A stretch of DNA of 64,000 nt. It comes from Bacteroidales bacterium (GTDB lineage Bacteria > Bacteroidota > Bacteroidia > Bacteroidales > WCHB1-69). The notes below the pieces were generated by a model, which worked only from the letters and a program-made list of their open reading frames with translations, searched no databases and had not been told where the DNA came from. Below, piece after piece: positions 48,388 through 57,927 of this stretch (position 1 is the first letter of the stretch; each line of letters opens with the position of its first letter). The translations under genes and the position numbers were made by a program. Location of the stretch: positions 9,978-73,977 of the forward strand of contig JAFTCA010000080.1 of assembly GCA_017454945.1 (NCBI GenBank), in the 5' to 3' direction.

Positions 48388-49284
48388 TTATTCTACTGAC
48401 AGATAATTCATTGGATCGACAGGAAAACCGTTATACCACAGTTCGAACTGTAAATAGGGCTGCTGACTGACGGAACCACCGCGGCCCATTTTGGCAATCG
48501 GCTCGCCCCCTTCCACCTGGGCACCGCACTTCTTCAGCAGCACCGCATTGTTCTTATAGACTGACACACGGTTGCCCGCATGTTGTATAATCATCGTGTT
48601 GCCATATTGCGAATCATAGCCTGCGAAGACCACAACTCCTTCTGCAACACTAGTAATCAAGCTATTATACTCTCCTGCGATACATACGCCATACATCTGT
48701 TGCAACGGATTGAACTCAGCGATGACAGCACCGAGAACGGGAATCTGCAACTTGAGGTCCGACACATCCGCTTTGCGCACATTGGCGGCCAACGATGGGG
48801 CGTGACGAACAGATAGCCGTTGGACAATATCTTCGGCTTCTTGCTGCAGCTGGGCATCCTCATCAGGATGATTCCCCACCGTGAGTGTAGCGTTAGATTT
48901 TTCGCCTTTCACGGCAGCCATGGCATCGTCGGTCTTGTCATTCAATATATAGTTAAGATTTTGAATATATTGCTGTTGCAGCTTAATGAGATACTCGGCC
49001 GAATCGACGCGTTTGGCCACTTTCTTGTAGAGGCGATACTCGTCGGGAGTGGTGTAGCCGGGCACATAGATACGCAGTGGTGTAAAGGCGATGAGCATGG
49101 CTGTCAGCACAATCAGCACCACAGCCGAGGTGGTCACCACCACAAAGATATTCTGAGGACTCAGCCTCATTGAGAACGGCTCACTCTGCGATTCCTCATT
49201 CTTGATAACCAGCTTGTATCTGGTTTTCCAGTTTCGCTTGATGCGCTGCCACAATTCCCGTAAAGACTGCAATCTCTTCTTCAT
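48388..49284 (-). CDS. Membrane-anchored degenerate LytM (M23-like, metal ligands lost) protein
   Basis: One TM helix. The C-terminal domain aligns to the neighbouring M23 peptidase, but HxxxD is YGVCI, the AHL histidine is N, and PHLHYE is PYLQFE. Confidence 0.7.
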   Translation of the reverse strand: MKKRLQSLRELWQRIKRNWKTRYKLVIKNEESQSEPFSMRLSPQNIFVVVTTSAVVLIVLTAMLIAFTPLRIYVPGYTTPDEYRLYKKVAKRVDSAEYLIKLQQQYIQNLNYILNDKTDDAMAAVKGEKSNATLTVGNHPDEDAQLQQEAEDIVQRLSVRHAPSLAANVRKADVSDLKLQIPVLGAVIAEFNPLQQMYGVCIAGEYNSLITSVAEGVVVFAGYDSQYGNTMIIQHAGNRVSVYKNNAVLLKKCGAQVEGGEPIAKMGRGGSVSQQPYLQFELWYNGFPVDPMNYLSVE

Positions 49285-49293
49285 AATAATATG

Positions 49294-50256
49294 CTATGAC
49301 AATGCCTGATTAACCACTTTGGATGATTCAAGAATCTGGTCGAACTCTTCCGGTGTAATATCGTTGAAGAAATAGTGTATCGGATTGACCGGTACCCCAT
49401 TCTTGATAACTTCATAATGCAAGTGCGGACCGAACGAAAGGCCTGTGCTGCCCACATAGCCAATCACATCGCCCCTCTTGACACGCTGGCCAGGGCGAAC
49501 TGCCTTCTTGGTAAGATGCGCATAGAGCGTCTTGTAAGAATAGCCGTGATTCAGCACCACCGCAATGCCGTAGCCCGAGCCGGGCGACTCGCGCGACACC
49601 ACCCCATCGGCGGTGGCATAGACGGGCGTACCCTTTGGTGCCGCAATGTCAATGCCCGTATGGGGGCGTAGTATCTTGAGAATAGGGTGATACCTGCGAC
49701 CAAAACCAGATGAAATGTGTGTCATGTTCTTGAGCGGACGAATGGCGGGAATAGCCGCCAGCATCTCGGCCTTCTTGCCGGCCATGTCGGCTATCGAGTC
49801 GAGCGAGCGCGACTGCACTGCCAGCTGCACTATCAATCGATTGGTCTTCTTATCGATGGACTGCAACAGTTTTTTAGCCTCTTGGGAAGTCAGATTGTCA
49901 TACTTTGTATCCTCGGCCAAGAAAGGGTAACGCTGTTCCACCGGCACTGGTTCAGCCTCAAAAACAGAACGATATATGTTGTCATCACGTTCCTGGATAT
50001 CTTTCAACACCACATCCATGGCATCCAAACGCCGATTGACATGCTCCAGCTGCTCTTTTAACTCATTGTTCTCGCGCTGCAAAATTCTCTCCTTGGGCGA
50101 ATCGAACAGATAGAACGAAATCCACAGGAAAAGCACCGAGAAAGAAAGAGCCACGGCAAAAAACCACAACAACCGCTTCACAACCGTTTTCCAGTCGGTC
50201 TTGCCTTTCTCAAAAGAGAGCGTTTTCGGGTTGAAGTAGTAAAAGTTTCTTGCCAT
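49294..50256 (-). CDS. Membrane-anchored M23 (LytM) metallopeptidase with coiled-coil stalk
   Basis: One TM helix and a coiled coil (ENNELKEQLEHVNRRLDAMD). Intact HTGID (HxxxD) and GPHLHYEV (HxH) zinc motifs. Confidence 0.85.
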   Translation of the reverse strand: MARNFYYFNPKTLSFEKGKTDWKTVVKRLLWFFAVALSFSVLFLWISFYLFDSPKERILQRENNELKEQLEHVNRRLDAMDVVLKDIQERDDNIYRSVFEAEPVPVEQRYPFLAEDTKYDNLTSQEAKKLLQSIDKKTNRLIVQLAVQSRSLDSIADMAGKKAEMLAAIPAIRPLKNMTHISSGFGRRYHPILKILRPHTGIDIAAPKGTPVYATADGVVSRESPGSGYGIAVVLNHGYSYKTLYAHLTKKAVRPGQRVKRGDVIGYVGSTGLSFGPHLHYEVIKNGVPVNPIHYFFNDITPEEFDQILESSKVVNQALS

Positions 50257-50311
50257 GAACTTACGGTATTTTGATTGGCGTAAGTATTAAATCGTAAAAA
50301 TTGTCAAAATA

Positions 50312-51580
50312 TTATTTGCAGCTGATACAAATCTTATCTCCCACACCGAAAGCAGCGGGTGCATAGCCGTTGCGTTTCAGCAATGTCTTCAGCTGGATGG
50401 CATACTTCTGTGAAAGGAAGCGGAACGACTCGCCCTCTTTCATGGTATGGTAGGCCACCGCCGATTTGGTGTTTTTGGGTTCCAGGTAGATCACTTCGCC
50501 GGATATCGGCTCGTATGTTTCGTCGAACACATCATTATAGGCACGCAGGTTGCCCTCGCCAATCTTCACCTCCTTAGCAATCTTGGCATACGTGTCGCCG
50601 CTTCTGGCGATGAGGAAACTCGTCTTATTGTTTTCGTACACAGGACGATTGGTGTAGGGATAATAAATCTGGCGGAAATCGTCCTTAGTAGCCGTAAAGA
50701 TGGTTTGGATAATCTGTGCCGACGGAGCGGGCAACTTGTCGCTGACCTTCACGGGCTTGGCAGGCTGCACCTGACGCTCAACAATCACCTCAATGTTGTT
50801 CTCGTAATAAGTTTCTGTCGTCGTCTCCACTTTGGCAGGTTCTTGTTTTACGGGTTCCTGCTTTACTGGCTCTTGCTTGGCAGGTTCAGCTTTCGGAGCC
50901 TCTTTCACAGGCTCTTCCACTTTCTTCTCAACCAATGTAGGGGTCAGTTCTTCTTTAGCGGCAACCGTTTCAACAGGTTTTATCTCGCTTGTCTCCAACA
51001 CAATCTTATCTACCGGCTGTGTCACAGGTTTTTCTTCCGCAACAACTTCCTCCACGACCTCTTTCTTAGGATTATCGAATCGGTCAAGATGATACTTTTC
51101 AATCAGGTTGATTAATTTCTGAGGATAACTGGGATTACCTGCATAGCCAGCCTTAAACAAGCCATTGGCCCACCCTTTATAGTCGGTGATGTCGAGTTTG
51201 AACAGGTCGGCATAGCGCTCACGGGAAGCCAAAAATACCGAATGGTTCTGATAAGAGGCCTCCACACTGGCGTATTTTCTGAAACAATCGTCAGCAGTCG
51301 TGTGAATATTGTCATAATAGAAGGTCTCACCGCTCCAGCCGCCACGGCAAGTGATGCCGAAATGGTTCAAGCCCTCCGTAGCCAAACGGTTGGTACCGCA
51401 CGCACTTGAATAGATGGCTTGAGCCAGTTTGATGCTGGCCGGAATTTTATACTTCTCCTGCGCCTGAATGGCATAATCCTTATATTTTTCAACGTATGCC
51501 TCAACATCCGCATCGGTGTACTGCGCCATCAACGGCGTAAGAAATACGGCAAACATTATCAATGCAATTAATCTTTTCAT
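50312..51580 (-). CDS. Secreted glucosaminidase (GH73-like) + LysM peptidoglycan hydrolase, paralog B
   Basis: Signal peptide and an N-terminal glucosaminidase-like domain (IPASIKLAQAIYSSACGTNRLATEGLNHFGI). A Pro/Glu/Lys linker with KQEPV repeats precedes two LysM-like segments (ARSGDTYAKIAK; MKEGESFRFLSQKYAI). Confidence 0.75.
   Translation of the reverse strand: MKRLIALIMFAVFLTPLMAQYTDADVEAYVEKYKDYAIQAQEKYKIPASIKLAQAIYSSACGTNRLATEGLNHFGITCRGGWSGETFYYDNIHTTADDCFRKYASVEASYQNHSVFLASRERYADLFKLDITDYKGWANGLFKAGYAGNPSYPQKLINLIEKYHLDRFDNPKKEVVEEVVAEEKPVTQPVDKIVLETSEIKPVETVAAKEELTPTLVEKKVEEPVKEAPKAEPAKQEPVKQEPVKQEPAKVETTTETYYENNIEVIVERQVQPAKPVKVSDKLPAPSAQIIQTIFTATKDDFRQIYYPYTNRPVYENNKTSFLIARSGDTYAKIAKEVKIGEGNLRAYNDVFDETYEPISGEVIYLEPKNTKSAVAYHTMKEGESFRFLSQKYAIQLKTLLKRNGYAPAAFGVGDKICISCK
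50828..50914 (-). repeat. Coding 15-nt tandem repeats (KQEPV/KAEPA linker)
   Basis: aa 223-251 read EPVKEAPKAEPAKQEPVKQEPVKQEPAKV. Confidence 0.7.
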
Positions 51581-51652
51581 AGCAATTTACAATTTATAAT
51601 TTACAATTAATAATTGATAACCAATAATTTAGAGAATATTGACACTCTGCTT

Positions 51653-52891
51653 TTATTGCAATTTGATTACATCTCCGGGATGGATGATGGATTTCTCGTT
51701 CAGTTGGTTATACCCATAAATGACGCTCAGTTGCACGGCATATTTTTGGGCGATATATCTCAAGGTTTCGCCTTTCTTTACCACGTGTTCCTTCTCACTA
51801 CCCTTTTTGGATTTATGCTCAATATAGATAACCTCTCTTTCGCGCGGCTCGCCATACTTGCCCATGTCATTGTACTTGCGGATATTTTTCTCTGTAGATT
51901 GCACATCCTCAGCAATTTGTGCATAAGTATCCCCGCGTTGCGCAATGACAAACAAGGTCCTGTTATTGACATAAACCTGACGGCTGGAGAAGGGATAATC
52001 CTCTTTCGGAAAATCGCTTTTGATAGCCGAAAAATAGAGGGAAGAATATGTCGGTGCCGGCTCTTCGGTAGGCGTTACGGTCTGTTTGGAAGTAGAAGTT
52101 GTTCTCGGCGTGTAAGTTGCCGGCTGTGTTGTCTGGGCAGTTTGTGTCGTAACGGTAGTTGTTACCGCATGATTGCTGCTGGTGGGTTTTACGAACTTTA
52201 CAGGTTTGGCGGGTTTAACCGGCTTCAACTCCTTAGGCTCTTGCTTGTCTTTATGTGTATAAACCTCAACGGGCTGTGCATTGTCAACTTTCAACACAAC
52301 GGGTTCGGCCTCCGGCTGCGGGTTAGTGAAATAACCCGACTTCAACCGTTGTTGATAGACTGTATCTTGATGGGCGATATTGAATCTTTCGATCAGACCG
52401 ATAAGGCGGTCGGCGTACTGCGGATTGGTGGCATAGCCTGCGGCTTTCAGTCCGCGAGCCCAAGCTTTGTAGTCCATTATGTCCAACTCGAACAACTTGG
52501 CATAGCGCTGACGAGTGGTTAGAAACTGGGAGTGGTCGCTGTACGACTCCTCCACATTGGCATATTTTCTAAAACACTCCTGCAAGGCGTCGTCATCCAC
52601 CTTCAGCGTGTCGCCAGTCCAATCCTTATGACACTTAATGCCGAAATGATTGTTGCCGTAAGTGGCCAAGCGGCTCGTACCGCAAGCGCTCTCGAAAATG
52701 CCCTGTGCCAAAGTGATGCTGGCAGGTATCTTATACTCATACATTTTCTTGATAGCCAAATCTTTATATCTATCGATATAAGCCACAATGTCCTTGTCGG
52801 TATATTGGCCCAGACAGATGATGGGGAGACATAATAACATCAACAGTCCCGCACCTCTCTGTAAGGGTTTATGCAACCATTCCTTTTTCAT
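51653..52891 (-). CDS. Secreted glucosaminidase (GH73-like) + LysM peptidoglycan hydrolase, paralog A
   Basis: Same architecture as 50312..51580, with roughly half of the N-domain residues identical by eye (IPASITLAQGIFESACGTSRLATYGNNHFGI). Thr/Pro-rich linker and two LysM-like segments. Confidence 0.75.
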   Translation of the reverse strand: MKKEWLHKPLQRGAGLLMLLCLPIICLGQYTDKDIVAYIDRYKDLAIKKMYEYKIPASITLAQGIFESACGTSRLATYGNNHFGIKCHKDWTGDTLKVDDDALQECFRKYANVEESYSDHSQFLTTRQRYAKLFELDIMDYKAWARGLKAAGYATNPQYADRLIGLIERFNIAHQDTVYQQRLKSGYFTNPQPEAEPVVLKVDNAQPVEVYTHKDKQEPKELKPVKPAKPVKFVKPTSSNHAVTTTVTTQTAQTTQPATYTPRTTSTSKQTVTPTEEPAPTYSSLYFSAIKSDFPKEDYPFSSRQVYVNNRTLFVIAQRGDTYAQIAEDVQSTEKNIRKYNDMGKYGEPREREVIYIEHKSKKGSEKEHVVKKGETLRYIAQKYAVQLSVIYGYNQLNEKSIIHPGDVIKLQ

Positions 52892-52942
52892 ATAATCACT
52901 TTATATTTAATAACTTAATAATCTTAATAGCTTAACAACGCC

Positions 52943-53923
52943 CTATCTTTCCAGCGCCTCATTAATCAGTTGCGTATAGATATCCGACAGGTTCATACCC
53001 ATGTGTTCAACCTGATGCGGCACAATACTCAAGGCCGTCTGGCCAGGGATGGTGTTCACTTCGAGGAACATCGGTTTATTGTCGGGTGTAACGATATAGT
53101 CCATGCGCACGATACCTTTGCAGCCCAAACGCTGATAGAGGATTTCGGAGTAACGCATAATGTCTTTCATCGCCTGCTCGTGGATGGGCGCCGGAGTCAC
53201 CATCTCGTGCAGGTTGGCGGCGTATTTCGATTCAAAATCGTAGAATTCGTTCTTGCTGATGATGCACGTCACCGCCAGTGCCTTGGGCTTGCCGTCTTTT
53301 TTCAGCACGCCGCAAGTCACCTCTTTGCCGTGGATATATTTCTCAACCATCAACTGGTTATCCCATTTAAAAGCCTCTTTCAGCGCTTTGTCCAACTCCT
53401 CCTCATTATGCACCTTCGTCACGCCTACCGACGAGCCCGAATTGCACGGTTTAACAAAACAAGGGAAGCCGCAATACTCTCCAACTTGCTTCAAATCAAT
53501 CTTTTCATCATTATAAAAATGCAATGAATCGGCCACAGGCACACCAAACTTAGACGCGGCCATATTGCAGAAATACTTGTTAAATGTCAGCGCCGAGGTA
53601 AAGCAGTCGCACCCCGTGTAAGGAATGCCCAACATTTCGAAATAGCCCTGCAGACGGCCATCCTCGCCAGGATTGCCGTGGATGGCGATAAACACTGCGT
53701 CGAACACAATTTTTTCACCATTTACCGTAACCGAAAAATCGTTCTTATCAACGGGAAAACGATGTTCATTCTCATCAATATACATCCATTCAGCCCCTCT
53801 GAGATGAATAAGATAAGGGGTAAACAATTTCTTGTCCAACACATTGAAAATGTTGGCAGCTGTCTTTAGAGAAACATCATGTTCTCCTGAATTGCCTCCG
53901 GCAACAATGGCTATCTTTTTCAT
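52943..53923 (-). CDS. ddl: D-alanine--D-alanine ligase
   Basis: MKKIAIVAGGNSGEHDVS N-terminus, an ATP-grasp core, and C-terminal LEVNTIPG. Start moved to ATG 53923 because the -7 box occupies 53942-53949. Confidence 0.9.
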   Translation of the reverse strand: MKKIAIVAGGNSGEHDVSLKTAANIFNVLDKKLFTPYLIHLRGAEWMYIDENEHRFPVDKNDFSVTVNGEKIVFDAVFIAIHGNPGEDGRLQGYFEMLGIPYTGCDCFTSALTFNKYFCNMAASKFGVPVADSLHFYNDEKIDLKQVGEYCGFPCFVKPCNSGSSVGVTKVHNEEELDKALKEAFKWDNQLMVEKYIHGKEVTCGVLKKDGKPKALAVTCIISKNEFYDFESKYAANLHEMVTPAPIHEQAMKDIMRYSEILYQRLGCKGIVRMDYIVTPDNKPMFLEVNTIPGQTALSIVPHQVEHMGMNLSDIYTQLINEALER

Positions 53924-53941
53924 GTTATAATAATTATTGAG

Positions 53942-53949
53942 CAAAGATA
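53942..53949 (-). promoter_or_regulatory. -7 box (TAtcTTTG on minus strand) for ddl and possibly the whole downstream hydrolase block
   Basis: The reverse complement of CAAAGATA lies 19 nt upstream of ATG 53923. I could find no other TAnnTTTG in the four short spacers downstream. Confidence 0.5.
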
Positions 53950-54104
53950 TAAAAGAAAGAGCTATGCCTAGGAGCGCTTACGGCTAAATATTGAACAGCC
54001 CAGAGTGAATAAAAAGCATGCTCAAAACCCCATCAAAAGGGCTGGTGGAAAGCAAAAAAATGCTAACAACTAATTTTTTACATTTTTGGTACTAAAAAAT
54101 ATTG

Positions 54105-54112
54105 TATATTTG
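54105..54112 (+). promoter_or_regulatory. -7 box (TAtaTTTG) with upstream TTTG (54085-54088) for the EF-G paralog
   Basis: TTTG, a 16-nt spacer, then TATATTTG, 55 nt upstream of ATG 54167. Confidence 0.55.
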
Positions 54113-54166
54113 CCGCCACATCTAAAAAACAGCAATATAAATCAAATCAAGTAATTAAAAATACCA

Positions 54167-56293
54167 ATGAAAGTTTATCAAACCAAAGAAATCAGAAATG
54201 TTGCCTTAATAGGAGGTAACCGAGTAGGGAAAACCACGTTAGCTGAAGCAATGGCCTTCCATGGCGGCGTAATCAACAGACGCGGCAGTGTTGAAGACAA
54301 AAACACCTTATCCGATTATCGTGATATCGAATTAGAAAGACAACAATCCATCCAGTCAACCGTCATGTATTCCGAATTCGGCGGATGCAAAATCAACATG
54401 ATTGACTGCCCCGGTTTTGATGACTTCGTTGGTGAGGTTATTGGCTCATTGAGAGTTATGGACTCAGCCGTGATGGTTATCAATGCTCAGAACGGCGTGG
54501 ACGTAGGTGCTGAAATCCAATGGCGCCACACCAAGAAGATGCACGTTCCCGTGATTTTCGCCATCAACCAGCTGGATCACGAGAAGGCCAACTTCGATGA
54601 GACTCTGCGTCAGTTGAAACACTATTTCGGCGGCAGCGTACTGCCTTTCCAATATCCCGTGAATGCAGGTATCGGCTTCGACTCTGTTATCGACCTGCTT
54701 CAGAAGAAACTTTTGAAATTCCCCGTTGGCGGTGGCAAGATGATTGTGGAAGACATTCCTGCTAGCGAACAGGCCAAGGCTGAAGAGTGGCACAACGCTT
54801 TGATTGAAGCCGCAGCTGAAAACGATGAAGCTTTGATGGACAAATTCTTCGAAGAAGGCACCCTTTCAGAAGAAGAGATGATCAAAGGTCTGAAACTGGG
54901 TGTTGCCAACCGCGGCACATTCCCCGTTATCTGTATTGCAGCCAAGACCGACCAAGGTATTGACCGCATGATGGAACTCATCGTGAAGAACTGCCCCAGC
55001 CCCGACGAAGCTCCCGCTATGAAAGCCACCAACGGCAACGAACACAAGTTCAACGCTGCCGAACCTTTCGTAGGTTATGTTTTCAAAACCACCATTGAGC
55101 AGCACCTCGGCGAAGTTGCCTTCATCAAGGTTTGCGACGGTGAGATTAGCAAAGCTGCCGATGTTGTAAACAACAACACCAACACCAAGGAGAGAATCTC
55201 CCAATTGCTGCTCTTCGCCGGTAAGAACCGTACTGAAATCGAAAAGGCCGTTGCCGGTGATGTTGTTGCCACCATCAAGATGAAAGCTTCTCCCACAGGT
55301 ACCACGCTGGTTGCCAAGGGCGACGATGTGATCGAACCCACCGTTTATCCCGAACCCAAGTTCCGTACCGCCGTTCGCGCTAAGAACAGCGCTGACGAAG
55401 AAAAGATGGGTGCCGCACTGAACGAAATCCGCAAGACTGACCCGACCTTCCTGATGGAACAGTCGAAGGAACTGAAACAGATGATTATCTCTGGTCAGGG
55501 CGAACAACACCTCAACATCGTTAAGTGGATGGTTGAAAGAAACAAGATTGAGATCGAATACTACGCTCCCAAGATTCCGTATCGTGAAACCATTACGAAA
55601 TCGGCCGAAGCCATGTACCGTCATAAAAAACAATCCGGCGGTTCGGGTCAATTTGGTGAGGTTCACATGCTCATCGAGTCTTACTACGAAGGCATGCCTA
55701 CCCAGACCAAATATCCTATCCGTGCCACCGAGTCTTACGACCTGCCTTGGGGCGGTAAGCTCATCTACAACAACTGTATCGTAGGTGGTGCTATCGACGC
55801 ACGCTTCATGCCCGCCATCCTCAAAGGTATCATGGAAAAGATGGAAGAAGGTCCTCTGACCGGTTCCTACGCTCGTGATATCGTCGTTAACATCTACGAC
55901 GGTAAAATGCACCCCGTTGACTCTAACGAATTGGCATTCAAATTGGCTGGTCGTAACGCCTTCAAGGAAGCCTTTAAGAATGCTGGTCCCAAGATTTTGG
56001 AACCTATCTACGATGTGGAAGTATTCGTTCCCGCCGACAGAATGGGTGATGTGATGACCGACCTGCAAGGCCGTCGCGGTGTGGTGATGGGTATGGACAG
56101 CGAAGGCGAGTTCCAGAACATCCGTGCCAAAGTTCCATTGGCAGAGATGAACAAGTACTCCACCACCCTGAGCTCCATCACTTCCGGTCGTGCTTCTTAC
56201 AGCATGAAGTTCGCTGAATATCAACAGGTTCCTGCTGAAGTTCAGAACGAAATCATCAAGAAATACGAAGAAGAAAACAAGGACGAAGAATAG
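54167..56293 (+). CDS. Elongation factor G paralog (EF-G2-like) with non-canonical GTPase motifs
   Basis: The five-domain EF-G layout is recognisable. The P-loop GGNRVGKT is retained. However, switch I reads ERQQSI (canonical ERGITI), G3 reads DCPGFDDF (canonical DTPGHVDF) and G4 reads NQLD (canonical NKMD). Confidence 0.85.
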   Translation: MKVYQTKEIRNVALIGGNRVGKTTLAEAMAFHGGVINRRGSVEDKNTLSDYRDIELERQQSIQSTVMYSEFGGCKINMIDCPGFDDFVGEVIGSLRVMDSAVMVINAQNGVDVGAEIQWRHTKKMHVPVIFAINQLDHEKANFDETLRQLKHYFGGSVLPFQYPVNAGIGFDSVIDLLQKKLLKFPVGGGKMIVEDIPASEQAKAEEWHNALIEAAAENDEALMDKFFEEGTLSEEEMIKGLKLGVANRGTFPVICIAAKTDQGIDRMMELIVKNCPSPDEAPAMKATNGNEHKFNAAEPFVGYVFKTTIEQHLGEVAFIKVCDGEISKAADVVNNNTNTKERISQLLLFAGKNRTEIEKAVAGDVVATIKMKASPTGTTLVAKGDDVIEPTVYPEPKFRTAVRAKNSADEEKMGAALNEIRKTDPTFLMEQSKELKQMIISGQGEQHLNIVKWMVERNKIEIEYYAPKIPYRETITKSAEAMYRHKKQSGGSGQFGEVHMLIESYYEGMPTQTKYPIRATESYDLPWGGKLIYNNCIVGGAIDARFMPAILKGIMEKMEEGPLTGSYARDIVVNIYDGKMHPVDSNELAFKLAGRNAFKEAFKNAGPKILEPIYDVEVFVPADRMGDVMTDLQGRRGVVMGMDSEGEFQNIRAKVPLAEMNKYSTTLSSITSGRASYSMKFAEYQQVPAEVQNEIIKKYEEENKDEE

Positions 56294-56325
56294 TCTTCAA
56301 CCTTCTTCACTTTATTCTAAGACAA

Positions 56326-57927
56326 ATGATTACATTCAAGAAAGTATTATTTACCGTATTCAATATAATCATTTGTTTTTATGCTTACGCACAACTATCT
56401 ACTGGCGGCACTCCCGCCAGTTTTTCATTGAAGGAGGACAACATCTCGATTCCCGCAGTCATTACACCCGCCATCGATGCAGAGCAAATCAAGAAAGAGG
56501 ATTTGTCAACCAATGTCAAGGCGTCGGGCTACCGCTTCGGCATCGACTTCTACTACTCACTCTCGATGACCGACCAAGGCGTGTGGACCACACTGCCTGA
56601 CGGCGACCAGATTTGCCGACTGCGGCTGGTATGCCCGGGCGCGGTATCGGTCTGCTTCACCTTCGACCAGTATCACCTGCCAGAAGGAGCCAAATTATTT
56701 GCATATACACCTGACAAACAGCAGGTTTTGGGTGCTTTTACCTATCTCAACAACCAGGAGGACGGCTACTTTGCAGTATCATTACTGACGGGCGACGAAG
56801 TTATTTTGGAATACCAACAACCCGCCACTTGTAGCGAGCATCCCTTGCTGCACTTATGGCGAATCACGCACGGCTACAGAGGACCTGCGATGCTCACTAA
56901 GGGCTTCGGTGATGCCGGCGCCTGCCATATCAACGTAAAATGCCCCGAAAGCAAAGGCTGGGAAGACCCCATCAACGCCACTTGCGCCATTCTGGATGGC
57001 GGCACAGAGTTGTGCACGGGCACGCTCATCAACAACGCGCGACAAGATGGCACGCCCTACCTGCTCACCGCCAACCACTGCTACACCTACTCGCTCAGTC
57101 CAGGCACGTGGGTGTTCTGGTTCAACTGGGAATCACCAACCTGCGCCAACGTGAGCAAGAGCCCTTCCAAGAACACGCTGTCGGGCGCTAAAGAACTGGC
57201 TGCCAGCTCCTATACCGACTTCTGCCTGCTGAGGTTGAACACGGCGCCACCCGTCTCTTACAATCCTGTCTATTGCGGCTGGTCGCGACTGGATACCCCA
57301 CCCGACTCAGCAGTTTGCATTCATCATCCTCACCTGGATGTGAAGAAGATCACACCCTCCGACAACATCGTTATCTCCTCCTTTTTTGAGACCCCCGAAT
57401 ATCCCAACGCATGGCAAGCCTTTTGGGGCACCGCCTGCACCGAAAGCGGCTCCTCGGGATGTGCCCTGTTCGACAAGCAACGGCGAATTATCGGGCAACT
57501 GTGGGGCGGTGCTTCCCACTGCGACGCACCGGCAGAGGAGATGTACGACTACTTCGGCCGACTGGACTTGTCGTGGAATGGCTACAATGAAAACACGCGA
57601 CTGCGCGACTGGCTCGACCCTGACAGTACCAACCTGATGACTTTGGACGCCTATTACCCGGTGGCTGGCATACACTCATCGCAGGCGACACGGCCCCAAC
57701 TGACAATCTCTCCCAACCCGTGCCAGAAAACCACATACATAGAGTTGGGCAACGCCACCATTGACGAAATCCGCCTTTACGACGTTACGGGTAAGCTGAT
57801 GATAAAACAACAAGGAGCAGGAAACTCCCGCTCCTCGTTAAATGTGGGCCACCTGCCCAAAGGCCTGTATATTGTCACGGTAGAAACCGATTCAGGCCAA
57901 GCTATTGGAAAACTAGTGGTTGACTAG
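56326..57927 (+). CDS. T9SS-secreted trypsin-fold (S1, lysyl-endopeptidase-like) serine protease
   Basis: Signal peptide, His context LLTANHC, Ser context TESGSSGCALF, and C-terminal LTISPNPCQKTTYIEL...GLYIVTVETDSGQAIGKLVVD (type-A T9SS sorting domain). Confidence 0.75.
   Translation: MITFKKVLFTVFNIIICFYAYAQLSTGGTPASFSLKEDNISIPAVITPAIDAEQIKKEDLSTNVKASGYRFGIDFYYSLSMTDQGVWTTLPDGDQICRLRLVCPGAVSVCFTFDQYHLPEGAKLFAYTPDKQQVLGAFTYLNNQEDGYFAVSLLTGDEVILEYQQPATCSEHPLLHLWRITHGYRGPAMLTKGFGDAGACHINVKCPESKGWEDPINATCAILDGGTELCTGTLINNARQDGTPYLLTANHCYTYSLSPGTWVFWFNWESPTCANVSKSPSKNTLSGAKELAASSYTDFCLLRLNTAPPVSYNPVYCGWSRLDTPPDSAVCIHHPHLDVKKITPSDNIVISSFFETPEYPNAWQAFWGTACTESGSSGCALFDKQRRIIGQLWGGASHCDAPAEEMYDYFGRLDLSWNGYNENTRLRDWLDPDSTNLMTLDAYYPVAGIHSSQATRPQLTISPNPCQKTTYIELGNATIDEIRLYDVTGKLMIKQQGAGNSRSSLNVGHLPKGLYIVTVETDSGQAIGKLVVD

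Noticed and set aside
51614-52522. 302-aa plus-strand ORF (similar antisense ORFs occur at 50447..51115, 43545..44195, 44247..44966, 37878..38522 and 14502..15149)
   Set aside because: All of them lie opposite well-supported genes (GH73/LysM paralogs, murA, pfp, the TonB-dependent-receptor-like protein, the T9SS repeat protein). Their compositions are skewed, consistent with the mirror of real codon usage.
54866-56224. 452-aa minus-strand ORF
   Set aside because: It is fully antisense to the EF-G paralog, whose identity is unambiguous. The product is G/V/F/H-rich with no motifs.
57924-57927. Convergent genes sharing their stop codons in the palindrome CTAG (a 23-nt convergent overlap also occurs at 46642-46664)
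   Set aside because: This is real but unremarkable in compact bacterial genomes. It is noted only as context for the DUF4175-like operon finding.
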